In this document: positions 12,574 to 24,935 of the stretch, one piece after another
Position numbering within the stretch: position 1 is the stretch's first letter
Layout: each line of letters starts with the position of its first letter
Assembly (NCBI GenBank): GCA_032718475.1
Contig: JAUCBJ010008562.1
Span: 64,484-128,483, forward strand
Length of the DNA: 64,000 nt
Source: Nemertoderma westbladi
Lineage: Eukaryota; Animalia; Xenacoelomorpha
Direction: 5' to 3'
Program-made: the position numbers and the translations under genes
The notes under the pieces: model-generated
Seen by the model: the letters and a program-made list of their open reading frames with translations, nothing else
What the model was told of the DNA's origin: nothing
The model's database searches: none

Positions 12574-15500
12574 TGTAGTAGCTACACAACGACAACAATA
12601 ACCAGCGCGAGTCACTCCACTGTCCGTCCCAAGGGCTCAGAATTACTTCAGGTTCTTGCTACAGAGGTAGGGTAACTTTCACAACTGCGACTCGCTACTG
12701 TAAACACACTTTAGTAGTAACATTCACCTATAAACGCACAAATTCCACACAACTGTCACAAATTGTACACATTCGGGTCATTTGTCCATTAGTCAAGTGC
12801 CTTCCAGAATGCCACGTTATTATTATGTATCCCTGGATACTAGCAGTGTGTTATTTATTCCGTATGCTATTCAATGGGGCAAGCTTTCTATTGTTCTTTA
12901 GACTCGCTTCTAATTCTAGCGTGGTTGTTGCTATGGTGACATTATGGAAAGCTAGCAGTAGAATTAGGGTAATTCTCATGCATACAGATCTGGAATGCTA
13001 TTTAATAGTAATTCTTTAATTGTCAATATTCCCCTTTATACATGATTTTATGAATTTTATCGGCTATTGACTATATGTTAGAGATTCTCGCACACTAATA
13101 TACTTAATAGGGTGAATCTCCGCTCCCATGATCTATTAATTAATGGAATTTTGGGAATGTTATAAATTGTATAAAATGACAATTTTTCAAATTCATGAGA
13201 GGATATGAATTTAAAATTTATTCCCGTAAATTTTATTATTAATATTAAAATGGGCACAATTTTATTCCAGAGCATGTCTGGGGACTAGGATCCTTAATTC
13301 TAGGAACTTTGTCTTTTTAAGATAATTGGTAAGTGCTACGATATCTTAATTGACTAGAATTTTAAAGGATCTGAATTTTAACAGATTTTGGATTTCTAGA
13401 TTTTCTTAGTTTACAAACTCCTTAGAGTTTATTTGTATGCATTTACTCTATTATAACATTTGTTTTAATAGATTTTTATAAATATTAAATATTTAATATT
13501 TAAGATGGGCACCGATTTATTCCAGAACTTGTCCGGGGACGTTAACCACTGATTCTAGAATTTTGTCTTTCAAGTATATCGGTGGGTGCCGCGATATATT
13601 AATCGACTAGAATTACAGATGGTCAAAGGGTTTAACAGATTTATTTTGCGTTTCACGCTACTGTTAAAGGGACATCACGCTACTATATGTATTATTTAAT
13701 ATACGGTATGAGAGCAATATTGCAAGGAGCAATGTCAGTGAGAAGAGGCAAGTCGTTTCCAAGGTCTACCCAGAGCTTGGTTTAGCCGAGACACGAGGAT
13801 CTGAACTTTGCATTCCTAATACTCTACTTACCAATAATACTTGAGTATAGTAGGAGCTTTATTGTACTTTAATAAGTACGGATATTTCATCTTACTGTAG
13901 TCACGCATTTATAATATGATACGGACAGTAAGGAAAAAGAAAAAGAATTATTTCTCACCGTTACACTAAATATATAATGTTAAGTAATTAAGTAATAAAC
14001 ACGAGTATATATATTGCACTAATCTACTAAATAATCGCTAAAATAACATTTTACTAAATAAAATTAAAGATAACGATTATAATAACGGATCCCAGACTCT
14101 CATCTCGGACGAGGGAGTGCAGCAGGGGGACTCGGACGGACCGCCCCTCTTCGGTGATACCGTAAACCCCGTCGTCCAGGCTAGGCGGTCCAGCTTTAAT
14201 GTCTGGTACCTTGATGACGGTAACTTGGCGGATGACTACCATGTGGTTCTGCAGGACTTGCGGGAAGTGATTGTTGAGGGGGGGGAAGTGCGGGTTGAGG
14301 ATAAACCCTGGGAAGAGTGAACTTTTCTTCCTAGGGCCGGAGACAGAGGAATCTCGCGCGTGTATCCAGTTGGAGTTCAACTCAGTCTGCCCTGGTATCA
14401 AGTACCCACCCCTTGAACAGCTGTCAATTCTGGGTGCCCCCATTGGTGATGCCGCTATAGCATCCTGCCTCGCATCAAAGATAGGGGACCTCTCGACCCT
14501 AGCCTGCCGCATACCTCTACTAGATGCCCACCACGGCTTCTTCCTCCTAAAGAATTCATTTGCCATACCTCGGCTAACCTATTTCCTCCGGACAGCGCCG
14601 TGCTTCCTATTCCCTGAATTACTTAAGAACTACGACGATATCCTCCGAAGTACCCTGCAGGAAGTTGCTAACACTAATATCAGCGACCCAGCCTGGGACC
14701 AGGCCTGCCTCCCCACACGGGTGGGCGGTCTCGGACTGAGTTCGGCAGTGCAGCTCGCACCATCCGCCTTACTGGCTTCCGCGGCTGCCCGTTCTGCTCT
14801 GTCCGACCGCCTGCTCCACTCAGTGGGGGTGGTGAGCCCAACCAACGAGTTGGCCTGGGAGTTCTGGATATACTCCCTCCCTTCGGACGCTACTCTACCC
14901 TCTATGACTGCTCAGAGTGCGTGGGTGGCCCCAGTCCACTCGGCTAACCTCGCAGCGCTGCATCTAGTTGCATCCCCAGTCGACCTTGCTAGGTTAATTT
15001 CCCTGGACCACCCAGTTGCCGGATGCTGGCTCAGTGCTCTACCCATCTCGTCGTTGGGACTGAAGCTGGTTGACAGCCAGTTCCGCATCGCCGTTGCCAT
15101 GCTTGAATGTTGCGTTGCTGGGATGTAAGGTAGGCCAGCTTCCTCCAGGAAGTCGGGGCGTGTCTTCATGCTCAGACCCATGAGCAACGGTCGCACCAGT
15201 TTTTGCTGCAATGCTTGGCGGTGGCAATTCTCATGGGAAACGCGGCGTCGGTGGTGGGAACCGTGGACACACCCTTCCACTACATCGGACTGTTTGATGG
15301 GGTTGAGGGGTGATGGTGACTGTAACACAAGCGCCTGGCACAGCACCGCGTCAGGAAAAACAACTTATTAACACTCGCAATTGAATAATCTAAATTTAAA
15401 TTTTCCACTCTATAATCCAATTGATTTTTCTCATGATTCTCTGTCAATATGCAAATATTCAAATTGAAGCTCATGTTGATTGTGTTTTATACATATACAT

Positions 15501-15655
15501 ATATCTATACATTATTTATTTGTGCAATGTTCTAAATTTTACTCTTTATTGATTGATTTATTAATATAGAATAAATAAAATACATTATAATAAAATTACA
15601 TAATAATACATACATAAATATAAAAATAATAAAATTATAAAATAATGTAGTCACA
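12574..15655 (-). repeat. LTR-like spacer C (~1.8 kb without the CRE insert)
   Basis: On the minus strand it starts TGTGACTACA right after the PPT and integrase stop of BEL C, and ends ...CTACA before a PBS. Contains many TTCTAG/TTCCAG motifs and a diverged ~140-bp internal direct repeat (13250-13390 vs 13505-13640). May be a composite of two LTRs. Confidence 0.45.
14086..15355 (+). mobile_element. 5'-truncated, internally deleted CRE-clade non-LTR retrotransposon
   Basis: GVQQGDxxGPxLF, WYLDDG, LGAPIG, LPTRVGGLGL, WLSALP...FRIAVAM, then the CRE C-terminal motif LAVAILMGNAASVVGT. The Zn-finger/RLE endonuclease segment is missing near 15100-15130. Confidence 0.8.
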
Positions 15656-15673
15656 CACCCACTCCGTACGTTG

Positions 15674-18600
15674 TTACGTTGGGGAGTCCCTAGATGTTTG
15701 TTGGATTAGGGAAGTGGTCGTGGGAAGAGTATCTTGCCTTCCATAGTTTCCGGATAGCTCTCTGTCTCGTTCCTGTAAACATAAACGACCAATTGGGTGA
15801 TTGAGCTGCTGTGTTTTGAATACAATTCCAGGTTTCTTAAAGTTACGTCGCATGACGACGAGTTCTACCGATCGCACTAAACCATCATCGGATATATGAG
15901 TCTCGATGATACGACCTGTGTGCCACCGCTTACTTGGAAGATCTGATTCCACAATAAGGACCATGTCTCCGGCGCTGACGTTTTCTTGCTGCGCAAACCA
16001 CTTGGTTCGAAGTTGTAGCGTAGGCAGATAATGTTTTTCGAAATGGTCAGCGAAACGACGGGATAATAACTGCATAAGTTGCCAAGTTTGTCGGCAGTAT
16101 TCGTCTCCGTCCGTGATTTCCGATTGTGGGAGCATGGCTACAGGTTTCTTCAGTAGGAAATGCGCGGGTGTTAGCGCTTCTAGGGAGTCGGGACTCGATG
16201 AGACTGGCATAAGCGGTCTCTCGTTAAGATAGGCGGCGATTTCTTCCATTAACGTCCGCAAAAGTTCGTCGGTGAGATACGCGCGGCAAGGCACTATAAA
16301 GTGAAATGCGGTCTTCACGCTCCTTATTAATCTCTCCCAACTTCCTCCCCACCAAGGGGCGTCGGCGGCGTTGAAGGTCCAGCTAGATGCTGTTACCCTT
16401 AGCTGATCGTCCACCTGTCTTTGGTTCCAATCTTTAACGTAAGCCTTGATCTCATTATTGGCGCCAATGAAGTTCGTTCCCTTATCAGATCTCATCGTGT
16501 TGCTAGTTCCAAAGCGAGCGATCTGTCGGTGTAAACTCAGTATGAAGCTGTTGGTAGATAGATCGTTCACCATATCTAGATGGATCGCTCTACAAGTCAT
16601 ACAGACAAAGATGACACACCATTGCTTGACTATAGTCCTAGCACGATATACTTCAATAGGGCCAAATAAATCCACACCAGTATTAGTAAAGGGTGGTTCA
16701 TAGAAGCTTACTCGTTCCCTAGGTAATTCTGCCTCTCGCTGTGTTAAAGGCCTACTGAATGCTTTCCTACAGGGTATACAGTTCCTAAGAACTTGGTTCA
16801 GAGCTCTACGGGGTTTATGGAAATAATAGCGAGTTCGAATTTCGCTAAGAACTCATTCTCTACCAGCATGGTAAAGCCTACTGTGAACATCTACAATCAT
16901 CTTGATTTGTATTTCAAGATTTCTAATGAGTATGGGAAATTTAGTGTCAAAGGATAATGGAGCATTAGTTAGTCTCCCTCCAACACGTATTAACCCATCT
17001 ATCATTGTGCTAGAGAAACGATCCCTTAAGCGCATCTGTGGATTTCTCAACAACAGGAAATACTTATCGGAATCTTCATAGCATTGCAGGAGTCTCAGTA
17101 TCTGCTTATTGGTTTCTTCATGCTCTTGATAACTGATCTTCTCCGTCAGAAACCTATCCGACACTTTGTATTTGGGAAGATCTTTAATAGCATGGACCTG
17201 CTCGGATGTCAGTGGAGCGGTATCACTAGCGATCTTCGTCCTGGAGTAGTGATGATGGAAGCATCGCTTCAAATACACGACGGCCTTACAAAGCCGATTC
17301 CAGGAGCTATAGTGATTTATCGCTCTCTGCAGGAGAGGTGAGAGTCCCTGCGAGACGTCTGGTGTTCCAGATTTCCAGTCTCTTTCTCTGATGTCTACAA
17401 CAGATTTATTTGTGGTGGGGGAGTTTAGATCCACAGCGTCGTCCCCGGAGATGTGTAGTACAGACAGATCTATCACGGGTTTAAATAACTTTGATTTACT
17501 CGTCCGGGTTTTAGGTTTGACTTTCTCCGCTCCCTTGGCTTGTCTAATCTCAGCCGTGGTGAGATGAGGAGGCCATTCATCCTCTTCTTTACTTAGGAAG
17601 TCGGGTCCACCTAACCAGTCTGGAGTATCTATCAGTTCTTGAGGAGTTGCTCCTCTGGAGGCGATGTCGGCTGGATTAATCGTCCCAGGGCAATGTCTCC
17701 ATTGATCTACATTAGAGCGACTAAGTATAATGGCTACTCTGTTGGTAACGAAGACGCTGAACTGACAGACTTCATTGGTTATATACTCCAAAACGAGTAA
17801 AGCATCAGTCCAATAGACAGTTTTCTCCAGTGGATAGTCGATCTGTTCTGTTACATTCCGGCCGATGGCTGTAGCGTATAGAGCCGCCTTTAACTCCGCT
17901 CGAGGAACTCGTAGTTTGTTGTTTATCAAGGCCTTAGAGGTGACCAAGGCAACTTTGATTCCATCCGGAGTTTCAACCCTCAGGTAGGCTACTATACCTA
18001 TTCCCATATCGCTGGCGTCTCCAAACACATGGAGTTGATAGGAATACGTGGGGAGAATGTGACCAAAATATGAACGGGAAATCGTAAAGTTCTCGAATGG
18101 ATGGTAGAGAATCTTCCCATTTCATCCACTTCTTTAGTAGTTCTCCCTTAAGTGGATCGTCCCACGAGTGGTTTTCAAGCCACATTTGTTGCACTAAGCT
18201 CCGAGCAACCAATATAACTGGGCTAATAAATCCCAATGGATCGAAATAAGTGCTCAGGATACTTAGACAAATCCGTTTAGTTCTAACTGGATTATCTCGC
18301 TGTTTTAACTGGAAAAACAAGATATCTCTCTCCGTGTCCCATTTCAAACCAAGCGTCTTGGTTTCCGGAAGATCGTCCTTGATGAGGTCCAGATCTTTAA
18401 CACCTCGGTCTTCTACCGGGATCGATTCCAGAAACTCACGGGAGTTACTAGTGAATTTGGTTAGTCGAAATCCACCGCGTCGCAAACACTCTACCATTCC
18501 CTTGGCAACATCAATGGCTTCTTCCACCGATGGGAGGGACTTTAAATTGTCGTCCATGTATATATCCCGTTTGATGTTGTCGATAACCGCTTTAGAGAAG

Positions 18601-21600
18601 GCGTCTCGGTTGTCATCAGCAGTGGTGCGCACTACTGAACAAGCGTTCGAGGGGCTCGAGATGATCCCGAAAGCCTGGATGGTCATCCAGTACTCCACCG
18701 GTTTTTGGTTGAGGTCTCCTTCAGGCCACCACAGAAATCGTAGGCTGTCTCGATCCCTATCCAGCGCCTTGACTTATAAGAACATGCCTTCTATATCCGA
18801 AGCGAAAGCGATAGAATATTGCCGTAATCTTAATAGTATTCCCAACAAGAATTGGAGTAAGTTGGGTCCAGGCAACAATTCGGAATTCAGGGATTGGCCC
18901 ATGTAAAGGGCGGAGCCGTCGAACACTACCCAGACTTCGTTGGGTTTACCGGGTTTGGGAACGTAATGATGTGTTAGATAATACGATCTCTCTGTGATGG
19001 GTGTTTCTTCCGGTACTCGCTCCGCGTATCCCTTATCGATAAATTTCTTCAGCTGGGTCTTATACATCTCCCTGGCTGAGACATTGGCCGTAAGACGCCG
19101 ATGTAGTTGCGCGATTCTCTTCTCCGCTAAGGGTCGGTTATTTATAAAGTTGGGTTCTCGCCGTCGGAACGGAAGACCAATCTCATAGCGACCTTGATCT
19201 TTAAGAAAACGGGTAGTCGTTTCCTGAATCTGCTTGGCTCTCTCTTCCTCGACGGACAGGGCCTTGTCATAGGAATTAGGCTCTACTGATTCTTGAGTAA
19301 AGAATCGCACGGCGTGTTCATCGCGAATCTTATTGTTGTATCGATCTATCACCTTGTTTAATTCGTCGTTGTAGTTGAATTGTCCGCCATAATTTATGAG
19401 ATGGCACAGGTTTACTTGGTTTCGCCAAGTTTCATTTTCGGTGAGGAGGTCGATTGTATTTTCCTCATCGAATAATTGGTTAATATCGTCATTATCTGAG
19501 GAGTATGGTGTTCCCTCAGTTGTGGTTTCTCCTTCACTGATTTCTTCTTCCCATTCACTCACCTGATGTATCTTTTCATTAGGTAGTCTTTCCATGAGTG
19601 TTCTATGGGAAGGTCCAGTGAAGTACCAACCTACTCTCGTTCTCCCCGCATATGTTTGTAATGGTTGCGGTCGAGCAGGCCGTTTTTCTAATGTTTCTAG
19701 CACCTCATGCGCATTTTGGCCAATCAATATCTGTACCCCTGGGTAGCCGGTGTTGAATCTAGGGATATCATGCTGCTGGGTAAAATGATCTTCATCCCAG
19801 TTATAAGGTTCCACTTGGCTGGTAGCAAAGTTCTTTATCGCCACCATTTTTACTGACCTTATGCTATGTTCTCCTAGTTCATCCTGGGGAGTGGACAACG
19901 CGCCTACATAGTAATCTGTAGCTACTGTGGATTTCCAAACCTGCATAATTCCTGAAAGGTTCAACTTAGTTCGGAACTTGGGTTGTCCAGCAAAGATGTC
20001 TTCGGCTAGATCTTTGTCGATGAATGTACCTGTGCTGCCGGAGTCAAGGAGGGCATTTACTATAAAACTCTTACCTAGCCCATGGACTCTCAGCTGCACC
20101 ACTGGGAATTCCCGGATTCCGACATTGGAAGTTGGTGCTTTCCAAGTTGGTTGTCTGTACGGAATAGTCGATTGGACTTCATTATCGGTTTCAGTCTCAT
20201 ACGTAAGCGCTCAATACACTGCGGTGCTTATCATATAACAGGATTCATTTTTGTCGGAGAATTCGTCCGTGTAGAATCCTTCCATCTCAGAGCTGTGGTC
20301 AGTATCGTTCACATCACTGAATTGGACATGTAGTTCGGGCTCACTTACCTGACTCGTGCGGGTTCTTTCAAATTCTGTGTGCAGCAAGATATGATGTTTC
20401 GCGCCGCATTTAGCACACCTTGCATCTGAGTAACAGGTCCGCCGTTGGTGTCCTTGTCTGAGACAATTATAACACAACCGCTTATCCCACATGACATCAC
20501 GTCTATCCTTTAGGGATTTCTTCAAGAATTCATCACATCCACTCAAGCGATGGGGCCCATCGCACAATGCACATTTTGGTTTGATGTTACTTACTTTAAC
20601 CTGGGTTGTGTTGTGCACACTTGTTCTTTCCTCGCGCTTTCTTCCATGAATTCTCTTAGGAGACGTGGGAGGAGTTGTTGTTACCTGTTCTCTCGTGTCA
20701 CTGGTTCGAGACTTAGATTTACTTACGTCTTTTCATGTTTTGTTGACATAATAAGATCTTTCGGTGTCTTTCCCGCTGTCCTCTTCTTGAGAAGCCTGGC
20801 TTTCTCCGTCGTTGGTATAACACACTGGTGTTACCTTTCTCCTAGAAACGGGTTTCTCACTTACCTCATTTTCCGGTGTCTTCTCTCTGGACTGCTTTAG
20901 GAGCTGTAATTTTACTTCTCCATCTAAGAATAACATGAGATCAGCCATGGTAGGGTCTCGTCGTTGTTGTTCCATCACATATAACACTTTCTTATCCCAG
21001 CGTGTACCTACTCCACCCTTTGGTAAAGTAGAGGCCACGGCTCCAATAACTATAGAACTCTGATATTCATGAGACTTACCTAGCCAATCTAATTGTCTAC
21101 AGATCTCCTGAATCTCATCGGAAAACTCTATAATCCCGCTGCTAATGAACTTTCGGGGCGTTACCAATTTTGCATACAAATACCTAGCTATGTTATTCCT
21201 ATTACCATACCTGATGTTTAGTGTATCCCAAACTTGTCTTAATCCATCTGGATGTCCAATAAACTTTAACGCCATTAACTTGGGAGATCCTTCCAAGCAC
21301 TCGATGAGGAATCTAAGTTTCTCTCCATTAGATAGCACAGAGTTCTGTATGTTATCTTTGTAATATTCATTAAAAGGTAACCATTTCATCTCATCTCCAT
21401 TGAACTTGACGATCTCTCCCACCTTTACTGCTTGACGGGCTTCGGTTCTAGCCATTTGACGCGTAAAACTTTCTTGGGCCATCGTATTATTTAATATCGA
21501 GTTATCAGTATATAAATTTCTCGGATTATGATCAGGTCTATATGGAATATCATTATCAACAGGTTTATAATTACCCTCAATAGGGTTTACTAAAGGAGTT

Positions 21601-24600
21601 TCTACTTCACTAGCAGTATAGGCTCCACACCTTGCGCATGAAATACATCAGACCTAACAGGTTGACACATTGATACAGGGGGTGGTGGCATATCCCTTTG
21701 TATATTTACTAATTTATCGCACTCTAACGCGATACTCTGCTGCACTTCTTGCAACTCTAACCTACTCTCTCGTACTGTTCCCTTTAACTGCTGAACAGTC
21801 CCCTCCAACTCCTGGACCTGCTTGGAGGAACATATACGATGTTCCTTCAGCTGCCCGAGCAGGAGACCCATCTCCCGCCATCCCTCATCCACCCACTCTA
21901 CCGCCGAAGCGGGAGCCGCCAACATAGTAGCGGGTAGACGAGGGACGACGGGCGACAAATCGTTAATGTCTTGCTCGGCGTCCAGGACCGGTATTGATTC
22001 AGGGGCTGTTCTACTGGGCACAGGTAGTTTAGTACTGTGCAAAGGGAATTTAGAGTTAGGTTCTGGAAGTACAGGGGTCTCTATCACAGAGGGAGTGGCT
22101 TCAAGAACAGGCCTAATTATTTCAGGCTCATCTACTATAGTAGGGAGTCTTTCTACTCTAATAATTTGGTCTGTAGGCTCAGGATTACTCAAATCTACAC
22201 TAGCTAGTGCCCTTCTCACAGATGGAGGCAAATTAGGCAATTTCTGCCGGTGCAGCGCCCTTCTACGTCGTCCGCTGGAACGAGATTTATTTCCTCTACC
22301 TTAAGGATCTGTTGTATCGCCTTCATCAGAGGATGTAAATCCCTGTCTCTTGGGAGTAGATCGACTTAGCAGCTGCATCTGAGTAGCTGTTCTCTGTTTA
22401 TTTAAGTAATCTTGCTTCACTTGAAGATTTTCCAACTCTAGTTGGGCTGTCTCTTCAGATGCCCTCCATTCTGCTTCTACCACTGCCTCTGCCGCTTTTC
22501 TTTCAGCTTCTACTGCCTTTCTTTCAACTTCTGCCGCTGCCGCTGCTGCTTTTCTTTCAGCTTCTGCCGCTGCCGCTGCCGCTTTTCTTTCAACTTCTGC
22601 CGCTGCCGCTGCCGCTGCCGCTGCCTTTCTGTCTTCTATCTGTTTTTTTCTTTAGTTGTTCTTCCTGTTCCATAAGGATGAGGATGCATTCATCAAATTT
22701 AGCCTGCTCAGCGGCCAACATTTCCGCATCTAACGAGTCCAACACAAATTTGGCTCCCTCACTATTAGGGCGAAGTCCAGCTAGCCGTCTCCTTAGCTCC
22801 TTGTCTCCTATAAATCGTTGATAGTCCGACAGATAGATGTCAATAGCATCCTTCTTCTGAGGTTTCTCGGATATAGCTTCGCTCTCCACCTGAGAAAAGG
22901 TAGCGTCTGTTGATTCTCCGTGGGTCATGCGCTCGGTTAGCTGAGCTTTCCATTGTGTTGTTCCCTGGACTTTACGACTCACCCGTTGGAACCAAGTTTT
23001 TACGGCCACTTGCAAAGACGTGTCTTGGCTTCTCTTAGAAGCTTCTTCAAAGGCCAAAAGGATTAGTCTGATCCGTAAAATTCGTTCTCGCACTTGATAA
23101 AGCAGCTCTCCCTGCTCTTGAGGTCCTTGGCGCTGTTGAAATAGGTGTTCCTCTAATCGCTCCAAAGAGCTGAAGAATCCCTGGACATATCCTGCTGCCG
23201 ACCTCTTCCACACAGCTGGATCTCTAGTGTCCCTTACTACTCCCATCCTGTATAAGTCCTCCCAGGCAGCTTCCGATAAGTTAAACGGGAGTCCGGGTTC
23301 GGGGAAGTTCCATTGCGCCTCGACAATAGACCTCAGTTCCTCCATCGTGTATCCCGCATAACTGTCCCTGGTCGATCGCTTACTTCTCGCCCAATCGATT
23401 TGATGTTCTTCCACCGCGATCAATACTCTAGTGAGTACGGCTCCAGGAAGAATTAGAAGTGGATCTGGATAAACTAGTTGGATTGTTTCTTCAGATGCTT
23501 TCCGTTCTGCTTCTACCACTGCCTCTGCCGCCTTTCTTTCCGCTTCTGCCGCTGCTACCTTTCTTTCAGCTTCTGCCGTTGCAGCTGCCGCTTTTCTTTC
23601 CGCTGCCTCTGTCGCTGCCGCTGCCTCAGCCTCTGCCTCTGCCGCTGCCACTTTTCTTTCAGCTTCTGCCGCTGCCGCTGCAGCTGCCGCCTTTCTTTGA
23701 ACTTCTGCCGCTGCCGCTGCTGCTACCTTTCTGTCTTCTATCCGTTTTTTCTTTAATTGTTCTTCCTGTTCCCTAGCGAGGAGGATGCTTTCATCAAATT
23801 TAGCCTGCTCTGCGACTAACATTTCTGCATCTAATGCGTCTAACACAAATTTGGCTCCTTCACTAGTAGGGTGAAGTCCAGCCAGCCGTCTCCTCAACTC
23901 TTTGTCACCTATAAATCGTTGATAGTCCGACAGATAGATGTCAATAGCGTCCTTCTTCTGAGGTTTCCCCAATGTCGCTTCGCTTTCCACTTGAGAAAAG
24001 GTAGCGTCTGTTGATTCTCCGTGGGTTGAGCGCTCAGTTAGCTGAATTTTCCATTGGGATGTTCCTTGAACTTTAAGGCTCACCCGTTGGAACCAAGTCT
24101 TTATGGCAACTTGCAACGACGTGTCTTGGCTTCTTTTCGAGGCTTCCTCAAAGGCCGATAGGATTAGTCTGATTCTTAGGATACATTCACGAACTTGATA
24201 AAGCAGCTCTCCCTGCTCTTGAGGTCCTTGGGGTTGTTGAAACAGTTGTTCCTCTAATCGCTCCAAAGAGCTGAGGAATCCCTGTACATATCCTGCTGCC
24301 GACCTCTTCCACACAGCTGGATCTCTAGTGTCCTTTACTAATCCCATCCTGTATAAGTCCTCCCAGGCAGCTTCCGATAAGTTAAAAGGGAGTCCGGGTC
24401 CGGGGAAGTTCCATTGCGTCTCGACAATAGACTTCAGTTCCTCCTTTGTGTATCCAGCATAACTGTCCTTGGTCGATCGCTTACTTCTCGCCCAATCAAT
24501 TTGATGTTCCTCCACCGCAATCAATACTCTAGTGAGTACGGCTTCAGGAAGAATGAGAAGTGGATCCGAATAAACTGCATCTGCCATCTTTGCTCCGCGC

Positions 24601-24935
24601 TCGGGTGGCAACTCTACAGTATCTGAACTACTGGAGCTATCGGGCCGCTGAGGAATAAGTTCTCGGTTCGGGTGCTGCTGCTGCTTAACAGCTGCTTCTT
24701 GGTCCCGCTTAACTTGAGCCCCAGTGCCTATAATAGATCTATGGTGCTTTACTAGCCTAGGGTCTGATACTACTACTGGAGGGATGACCCTTCTTACAGT
24801 AGGAGGGGACTTGGACTTTGGTCTGGGATGTTCTATACTTTGATCTGGGTCACAGATCTTTTTAAGACACTGTCTAACAGTCATTCTAACACTTTCTAAG
24901 AGACTATCTGACAGTGTTTGTTTTGTGTCAGACAT
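15674..24935 (-). pseudogene. gag-pol: BEL Gag-Pol polyprotein broken by several stops and frameshifts
   Basis: Nine collinear ORF fragments in canonical BEL order: N-terminal extension, gag, ZnK, PR, RT, RH, IN. Confidence 0.88.
22441..24575 (-). repeat. ~1.05-1.1 kb tandem duplication in the N-terminal extension of BEL C
   Basis: VYSDPLLILPEAVLTRVLIAVEEHQIDW...EAERKASEETIQL is repeated as VYPDPLLILPGAVLTRV...EAEWRASEETAQL. Each copy ends in an Ala/Glu-rich helix. Confidence 0.95.

Noticed and set aside
15560-15645. (TAAAA)n tail of the CRE element
   Set aside because: It lies directly inside the TGTGA start that follows the BEL C PPT, so it is better explained as AT-rich LTR U3; CRE coding similarity ends near 15270 and the GC-rich tract near 15355.
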